Below the pieces are notes generated by a model. That model ran no database searches. It saw only the letters and a list, made by a program, of their open reading frames with translations, and had not been told where the DNA came from. From Phycisphaeraceae bacterium (GTDB lineage: Bacteria > Planctomycetota > Phycisphaerae > Phycisphaerales > Zrk34): DNA of 53,783 nucleotides. Every line of letters begins with the position of its first letter. Positions within the stretch are counted from its first letter, which is position 1. The translations under genes and the position numbers were made by a program. Positions 47,872-53,783 of the stretch are shown piece by piece. The stretch lies in contig JBBDRF010000077.1 in NCBI GenBank assembly GCA_040905565.1, positions 1-53,783 of the forward strand, given 5' to 3'.

Positions 47872-48986
47872 GCTTCCCCCTTGCTTGTCGGCGTGAAGAT
47901 CGCCCGCGCTTCGCTGCCGACTGCCGCGAGCGCCTCAGCGTCGATCTGGTCGGCCAGCGTCGACGGCTGCTGCGTCCATTGCAGTTGTGCTGCGTCGGCA
48001 TCGTGCTCGCCGCCCTGCAGCGTGAACATCTCGCGGACGAGGTAATGGCCGTCGGCGCCGATGCCTTCGACCTCGCCGATCTGCGTCACCTTTCGCCTGC
48101 CGCCTTCGGTCCGCATCATCTGCACGACGACGTCGATGGCACTGGCGACCTGCGAGCGGACGGCTCCGAGAGGCAGTTCGATCTTGCTCATCAGCGCCAT
48201 GGTTTCCAGTCGGCTCAGCGCGTCGCGGACGTGGTTGGCGTGGAGCGTGCCCATCGAGCCGCCGTGGCCGCTGGTCATCGCCTGGATCATTTCCAGCGCT
48301 TCGCCGCCGCGCACTTCGCCGATGATGATGCGGTCCGGCCGCAGCCTTAGCGACGCGCGGAACAGCTCCGCGATGCCCACCGCGCCGAGGCCGTCGGCAT
48401 CCGCGCTCTGCGCCTCCAGCGACACGACATGATCCTGCTGCAGCTGAAGCTCTGCGGAATCTTCGATCACGACGATGCGGGCGCCGTCGGGGATCGATCG
48501 CGACAGCGCGTTCAGCAGCGACGTCTTGCCCGAGCTTGTCCCGCCGGCCACCAGCACGTTCGCCTCGTTGCGGACCACTGCGTGGAGGTACTGCCGGGCT
48601 GCTTCGCTGAGCGTGTAAAGATGCACAAGCCAATCCATGTCGAGCATCGCCTTGCCGAACTTGCGGATCGTCATCACCAGGCCGAGGCGGGAAGCAGGAG
48701 GGCGGGCGACGTGGACACGTGAACCGTCGGGCAGGCGGGCGTCCATCAGGGCGGCACCGTCACGCAGGCTTCGGCCGGTGTACTGAAGAACGTGGTTTAC
48801 AGCGGCTTCATATACTTCGTCGTCCTCGAACCGTGCGGCCACGCGCTCGACGCGGCCGTCACGCTCAACATAAATATCAGTTGAGCCGTTGATCATGACC
48901 TCACTCACACCGGGGTCGTCGAGGAACGCACACACCGGCGCAAGGTAATGTCGGACCGTCTGGCTGTAGAGGGTTTCTGTGTTCAT
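47868..48986 (-). CDS. tadA: Second, short TadA/CpaF ATPase (first gene of the locus)
   Basis: [71 protein letters not shown]. Confidence 0.92.
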   Translation of the reverse strand: MNTETLYSQTVRHYLAPVCAFLDDPGVSEVMINGSTDIYVERDGRVERVAARFEDDEVYEAAVNHVLQYTGRSLRDGAALMDARLPDGSRVHVARPPASRLGLVMTIRKFGKAMLDMDWLVHLYTLSEAARQYLHAVVRNEANVLVAGGTSSGKTSLLNALSRSIPDGARIVVIEDSAELQLQQDHVVSLEAQSADADGLGAVGIAELFRASLRLRPDRIIIGEVRGGEALEMIQAMTSGHGGSMGTLHANHVRDALSRLETMALMSKIELPLGAVRSQVASAIDVVVQMMRTEGGRRKVTQIGEVEGIGADGHYLVREMFTLQGGEHDADAAQLQWTQQPSTLADQIDAEALAAVGSEARAIFTPTSKGEA

Positions 48987-49119
48987 TGCAGGAGGCCAGT
49001 CTACCGGTTCGCCCCCACCGGGTACAAGGGAAATCCCCTATGGGTGAGGCGACTCAAGCCGTTGCAAAGACACTGCTTGCGATCATGCAAGACGCCGGGC
49101 TGTTTCCCTCGGCTGCAGC

Positions 49120-49340
49120 AAGAGTTTTAAATCTAAAGATGCATATGTGCAACGCCGGGCATCGCCCGTGATCTATCTAGTAAGACCTAGCAGGAGCGTT
49201 CTTAATATTAAGTTGCGACCCCGGCCGTGCGATCCCGATGCGGAAGGAAGTATGTGTGCGTGGTGTCTATATAATCGATGATGTTAATGAAGCGTATATT
49301 AAGATGATCGATATTAGGCTGCGATAAAAAAACTCTAGTC
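49120..49340. promoter_or_regulatory. AT-rich divergent regulatory region upstream of the Tad locus
   Basis: Markedly AT-rich; palindrome CTTAATATTAAG at 49201-49212; ATRTTAR at 49281, 49296 and 49311. Confidence 0.55.
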
Positions 49341-49502
49341 GTGCACCGCCCCTACCAACCTCCGTTAGCGGCGGATCGCCGATCCCACTCGCGCGGAATT
49401 GACGATCTCCGATCGCCCGGGAACGGGCCGTGACCAACCCCCAATCGCCCGCCAACGCACCGCGTGGTACAATAGGGCTCCCGCCCGTCGGCGGTTATCG
49501 TC

Positions 49503-50138
49503 ATGGCCAGCAAACGCGACTCAGTACGATTCATCTGGGCGATGCTGCGGAACCCCGCAAGCGTCGGCGCGATCGCGCCAAGCTCCAAGCATCTCGCCCG
49601 GCGTATGCTCGACGGCGTCGAACTCGGCCCAACCCACAGCATCCTCGAACTCGGCCCCGGCACCGGGCCCATCACCCGCGCCATCCAGCAGTGCCTGCCC
49701 GGTCCCGACGCCTACCTGGGCATCGAACGTGAGGGCAGCTTCGTCACGCTTCTCCAGCAGCGGTTCCCGGAGTTGCGGTTCGTCGAGGGCTACGCTGAGC
49801 ATTCGCGCAGGCATCTGCGTGAGGCGGGGGTCGCCGACGTGCGTGCGATCATCAGCGGCTTGCCGTTCGCCTCGCTGCCGATGGGCGTGCAGAGTCGGCT
49901 GATCATCACGCTGGACCGTCTGCTGCTGCCCGGCACCGAGTTCCGCACGTTCCAATATGTGCACGCATGGATGTTGCCGGCTGCGGTGCAGTTTCGCCGC
50001 CGGATGACGCGCCGCTTCGGGCCGCCTCGTGTGAGCCGCCCCGTCCTCCGCAATCTCCCCCCGGCGGTGGTGCTCACCTGGGGCCGACCGGCAGTGGTGC
50101 CAGCCACAGCGTCAGTGGGCGCTGAGGCCGGTGCTTAG
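49503..50138 (+). CDS. Phospholipid/ornithine-lipid N-methyltransferase (PmtA/OlsG-like)
   Basis: NPASVGAIAPSS, ILELGPGTG.IT, ISGLPF, FQY, RNLPPA. Confidence 0.85.
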   Translation: MASKRDSVRFIWAMLRNPASVGAIAPSSKHLARRMLDGVELGPTHSILELGPGTGPITRAIQQCLPGPDAYLGIEREGSFVTLLQQRFPELRFVEGYAEHSRRHLREAGVADVRAIISGLPFASLPMGVQSRLIITLDRLLLPGTEFRTFQYVHAWMLPAAVQFRRRMTRRFGPPRVSRPVLRNLPPAVVLTWGRPAVVPATASVGAEAGA

Positions 50139-50234
50139 AAGCGGAAACCCCGTCGTTGGCTCAGATGCGGGAACGGTGGGGGGGGGCTATACTCTCAGGC
50201 TTCGCACGAACGCACTGCAAGAGGATGCCGATCC

Positions 50235-50549
50235 ATGTCCGACAACGTCACCATTACCGAGCAGCAGGTCCGTCACGTGGCCAAGCTTTCTCGCCTCAAG
50301 CTCAACGATGCCGAGGTCGCCCACTTCGCCACCTCGCTTTCGCGGGTGCTGGGTTACGTCAGCAAGCTGAGCGAGTTGGATGTCGAGCATGTCGAGCCGA
50401 TGGCTCATCCGACCGACATGACCAACCACTTCCGCAACGACGAGCCGACGCAGCCGTTGTCGCTTGAGAAGGTGCTCGAAAACGCGCCCGAGGCCGACCC
50501 GCCGTTTTTCAAAGTGCCCAAGGTGCTCAACGACGGCGGCGGCGCTTGA
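50235..50549 (+). CDS. gatC: Asp/Glu-tRNA amidotransferase subunit C
   Basis: VRHVAKLSRL, LDVEHVEP, NAPE...FFKVPKVL; immediately upstream of gatA. Confidence 0.93.
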   Translation: MSDNVTITEQQVRHVAKLSRLKLNDAEVAHFATSLSRVLGYVSKLSELDVEHVEPMAHPTDMTNHFRNDEPTQPLSLEKVLENAPEADPPFFKVPKVLNDGGGA

Positions 50550-50598
50550 ATTGCGACGCTTGAGCAGACTCACTCCCCGCACTCACAATTGATCATCA

Positions 50599-52080
50599 AT
50601 GGTTCCCCTCATGGACGTAACGCAACTGACGTTGACGGGTATTCGCGACGCCGTGGCCGCTGGGCAGCTGAAGTCCGCCGAGCTGACGCGGGCTTATCTG
50701 GATCGCATCGCCAAGCTTGATCCTTCGCTGCGCGCCTGCACGCAGGTCTTCGCCGACCGGGCCATGCAGCGGGCGAAGGATGTGGATGCGGGCACGGTAA
50801 AGGGCGGGCTGGCGGGCGTGCCGATCGTCATCAAAGACAATATGTGCACCACGTTCGGGGCCACGACCTGCTCGTCGAAGATGCTCGAAAACTTCCACGC
50901 ACCTTACGACGCCACTGTTATTGCGAAGCTGGAGGAAGCAGGGGCGGTCATTCTGGCGAAGACGAACCTCGACGAATTCGCGATGGGCTCGTCCACGGAG
51001 AACAGCGGGTCCGAGCCCACGCGTAACCCCTGGCACACCGACCACGTGCCCGGCGGCTCCTCGGGTGGGTCAGCCGCTGCCGTCGCGGCCGACTTCGCCG
51101 TCGCCAGCATCGGCAGCGACACGGGCGGGTCGATTCGCCAGCCGGCGGCCCTCTGCGGCGTCGTCGGACTCAAACCCACCTACGGGCTCGTCAGCCGATT
51201 CGGCCTCGTCGCCTTCGCCAGCAGTCTCGACCAGATCGGCCCGTTCGCGCACAACGTCACTGATGCCGCGGCCCTGCTGAACGTGATCACTGGTCACGAT
51301 CCGCTTGATTCGACCTCCGCCCAGCCGGCCGATCATCACGTCGTCCCCGATTACACAGCTGGGCTCGATGACGACGTTAGCGACCTCGTCCTCGGCATCG
51401 CCAAGCAGTACCTCTCCGACGACAACCACCGCTCGGTGAAGAAGTCGATCGACGACGCCATCGCCTTCTACACCAAGGCCGGTGCCCGCATTGTTGAGGT
51501 CGATCTGCCGCACACCGAGTATGGCATCCCCACCTACTACATCGTCGCCACGGCCGAGGCTTCGTCGAATCTCGCCCGGTACGACGGCATCCACTACGGC
51601 CACCGCGCCAAGCAGGCGGACGACCTGATCGACCTTTACTCCGCGAGCCGCGCCGAAGGGTTCGGCGACGAAGTGAAACGCCGCATCATGCTCGGCACGT
51701 TCGCCCTGTCCTCCGGTTACCACGATGCGTACTACCTGCGGGCCCTGAAAGTGCGTCGTCTGATCAAGCACGATTTCGACGACGCGTTCAAGCAGTGCCA
51801 CGCCATTCTCTGTCCGACCACCACCGCCCCCGCCTTCCGCTTCGGCGACAAGACCGACGATCCCGTGGCGATGTATCTCAATGATATTTACACGGTGAAC
51901 GCCAACCTCGCCGGCATCGCAGGCGTCTCCATCCCCGCCGGTTTCGATGAAGCCGACGGTAAGAAGCTGCCGCTAGGCCTGCAGCTGTTGGGGCCGACGT
52001 ACTCCGAGCACACGCTGCTGCGGATCGGCCGCATGTTTGAAAAAGCGCATGACTATGCGGCGGCGCGGCCGGGGGTTTGA
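50599..52080 (+). CDS. gatA: Asp/Glu-tRNA amidotransferase subunit A
   Basis: IKDN, TNLDEFAMGSSTENS, PGGSSGGSAAAV, GSDTGGSIRQPA, EASSNLARYDG, EVKRRIMLGT. Confidence 0.97.
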   Translation: MVPLMDVTQLTLTGIRDAVAAGQLKSAELTRAYLDRIAKLDPSLRACTQVFADRAMQRAKDVDAGTVKGGLAGVPIVIKDNMCTTFGATTCSSKMLENFHAPYDATVIAKLEEAGAVILAKTNLDEFAMGSSTENSGSEPTRNPWHTDHVPGGSSGGSAAAVAADFAVASIGSDTGGSIRQPAALCGVVGLKPTYGLVSRFGLVAFASSLDQIGPFAHNVTDAAALLNVITGHDPLDSTSAQPADHHVVPDYTAGLDDDVSDLVLGIAKQYLSDDNHRSVKKSIDDAIAFYTKAGARIVEVDLPHTEYGIPTYYIVATAEASSNLARYDGIHYGHRAKQADDLIDLYSASRAEGFGDEVKRRIMLGTFALSSGYHDAYYLRALKVRRLIKHDFDDAFKQCHAILCPTTTAPAFRFGDKTDDPVAMYLNDIYTVNANLAGIAGVSIPAGFDEADGKKLPLGLQLLGPTYSEHTLLRIGRMFEKAHDYAAARPGV

Positions 52081-52093
52081 GAGAAAGAAGAAA

Positions 52094-52122
52094 ACCCACG
52101 GCATTACGCCGTGGGCTTCGTG
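52094..52122. repeat. REP-like palindrome, family B, copy 3
   Basis: acccacggcattacgccgtgggcttcgtg; between convergent gatA and DUF4139-like genes. Confidence 0.8.
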
Positions 52123-52131
52123 GTGGCATGA

Positions 52132-53691
52132 TTACCAGGTGTAGCGGACGGTGTACGTCACGGTGCGGTCGCCTTCCGGGGGGACGGTCACGTCGAACTC
52201 GATGGTGTGGGCGTCGATCTTCTCAAAGTCATCGCTCTGCTGGATGATCTCCCAGTTCCGCGTGCGCATCAGATTCTCGCGGATGATCACCTGTTCTTCC
52301 TCGTCCTTCGCGTTCGAAAGTTCAATGCTGATGCTCTCGGTGGCGGTGCGGGCCCGCTCATCAACCTGAAAATTCGTCTGCGTCCGCGTCGCCGTCACAT
52401 CAAACGCCCGGCCCAGCCGAATCAGCACATCCTGATTGCGCGGCGTGTGATCGATCTGGTCCTCCCCGATGAATTCAAGCGTCGGCTCGCCGGCTGCGTC
52501 GTCGGCCTGATCGGCTTTGAACGCCCGCACAATGCCCCGCGGCATCGGCATGCCCAGGTTGTTTTCCTCGCTGTTCTCAAACCGCACAAACACGTCCACG
52601 TGCTCCCGGTCGGCCTGCCCAAAACCACGATCCAGCTGCGGACGTGGCGGAATCCACCCGTTCCGCGTCGGCTGATACACCAGCGTCCGCTCCACCGCGA
52701 TGTCCGAAACCGACGGAAACAGCGCCAGCTGCTGCGTCGTGTTCTGGTTGATCGTCGTTCGCCGCGGCAGCGTGTAAAGGTGATACTCAAAAAACGCACG
52801 CTGTTCGAAGGCCTCGGCCTGCGCCGCGACGCCGCCGCGCTGCATCCGCTCCATCATCGGTTGGGGCTGACGCGGCTGAACGCGCTGCACGTCGCCGGCG
52901 ATCAACTTCAGCTGCGCGTCGGGATAGCTGATGCCCGAAAGGTTCAGTAGCGTCACCCATGCGTGCAGATCGGCCGAGGTCTCATCTTCTGAGAGGATCA
53001 GGTTGTAATCGGCCCGCCAGGTGAGGCCGTCGGTCTGATAGGTGGTGCGGATGCGCCGCTCGCCGGCCTCGACCGATCGCAAAAGCCAGCGCAGCGTCGG
53101 CCTGGTGATCAGCCCGTCTGGCAGGGCGGGCAGGGCGATCTGCGCGTCGCCGCGGGGCACCATGCGGATGCCGTCGTCGGTGCGCAGGACGATCTGATTC
53201 TGCACCGTCGAAAGCAGCACCCCCCGGATCTCCTCGACGCCATCGCCGGCCGGCACGCGGACCACCACCGGCTCATCGACGTAGCGGTCCAGCAGTTTGT
53301 CCGGATGCACCAGGTCGAAAAGGAACTGCTGTTCCAGGATGGCCGTGGCCTCGCCGTCGTCCAGATCGGTCAGGCTGACAGTGGTTGGATCGATGAAAGC
53401 GGCGACGTCGATGAAGTCGACGGCCTGATCGCCCTGCTCGAAATCGACGGTGCGGATATCGCGGACCACCGCGAAGCCGGGCACCTGGCGGGCGCTCTGC
53501 GGGTTGTGCCCCATCTGCTGCTGGGCGATGAACTGCTGCGGATCAAACTGCCCCGGCTCGGCCTGCGAATAAACCGTCACACTCACGTCCGCCGGCTCGG
53601 CCTGCTGCGCCAAGGCCGGCCCCCCCGACGAGGCAACCAGTGCAGCGGCAAACAGGCAACCCGATAACAGATAAGATTTCGTCGACGACAT
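52132..53691 (-). CDS. Exported DUF4139-like protein
   Basis: Signal peptide; SVTVY, FAVVRD.R, IDPTTV, RPTLRW, GLTWRADY, LIAGDV, FEYHLY, LGMPMPRG, FIGED.IDHTP, YTVRYTW. Confidence 0.8.
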   Translation of the reverse strand: MSSTKSYLLSGCLFAAALVASSGGPALAQQAEPADVSVTVYSQAEPGQFDPQQFIAQQQMGHNPQSARQVPGFAVVRDIRTVDFEQGDQAVDFIDVAAFIDPTTVSLTDLDDGEATAILEQQFLFDLVHPDKLLDRYVDEPVVVRVPAGDGVEEIRGVLLSTVQNQIVLRTDDGIRMVPRGDAQIALPALPDGLITRPTLRWLLRSVEAGERRIRTTYQTDGLTWRADYNLILSEDETSADLHAWVTLLNLSGISYPDAQLKLIAGDVQRVQPRQPQPMMERMQRGGVAAQAEAFEQRAFFEYHLYTLPRRTTINQNTTQQLALFPSVSDIAVERTLVYQPTRNGWIPPRPQLDRGFGQADREHVDVFVRFENSEENNLGMPMPRGIVRAFKADQADDAAGEPTLEFIGEDQIDHTPRNQDVLIRLGRAFDVTATRTQTNFQVDERARTATESISIELSNAKDEEEQVIIRENLMRTRNWEIIQQSDDFEKIDAHTIEFDVTVPPEGDRTVTYTVRYTW

Positions 53692-53783
53692 GGGGCGACA
53701 CTCCAGACAAGATAAAATGACTCGGCGTAACAACGCTACCACAACGATAGACGCACCACCCCACCCAAAGTTTCGAGAAGCCC

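Noticed and set aside
48987..49120. Possible c-di-GMP riboswitch or sigma-54 promoter ahead of the Tad operon
   Set aside because: No match to either consensus was seen on the minus strand.
49350..49460. Degenerate GATCGCC-like short repeats (similar stretch near 26945-26975)
   Set aside because: Too short and irregular to distinguish from low-complexity GC-rich intergenic sequence.
22510..52080. gatB separated from gatC-gatA as evidence of an island insertion
   Set aside because: gatB lies upstream rather than in gatCAB order, no integrase or att-like repeats are seen, and split gat genes are common.

Overview
GC-rich bacterial window, most consistent with a planctomycete (Phycisphaerae-like) genome. 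That assignment is an inference from the PEP-CTERM protein, long-form ThiE, Hanks kinase/FHA genes, REP-like palindromes and very acidic exported proteins. The first ~34 kb is mostly housekeeping and accessory genes: a divergent Rho, rhomboid, Nudix, ClpS, an orphan Pycsar-effector-like membrane protein, class V aminotransferase, ROK kinase, nadA, a ~1,570-aa Lys/Cys-free AsmA-like protein, dnaK with a sigma-54-like promoter, AI-2E permease, thiE, an ArnT-like glycosyltransferase, a PEP-CTERM protein, gatB, a glycosyltransferase-flavoprotein fusion, a three-gene Sdh1-like succinate dehydrogenase, and sulfotransferase-like and erythromycin-esterase-like genes. The most notable element is a 13-gene, ~14.6-kb minus-strand Tad/Flp pilus locus (34399-48986). 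It has an embedded transmembrane Ser/Thr kinase, two TadA/CpaF ATPases (one FHA-fused), a second FHA membrane protein, non-canonical Flp pilins, and no secretin or TadZ, making it a candidate phosphorylation-gated Tad machine. The window also holds three families of short palindromic repeats. One is a ~144-bp inverted-repeat element whose two copies inside the Tad operon preserve reading frames. The window ends with a PmtA/OlsG-like methyltransferase, gatC-gatA and a DUF4139-like exported protein. No rRNA, tRNA, CRISPR array or transposase was recognised. All annotations come from motif recognition by eye; no searches were run.
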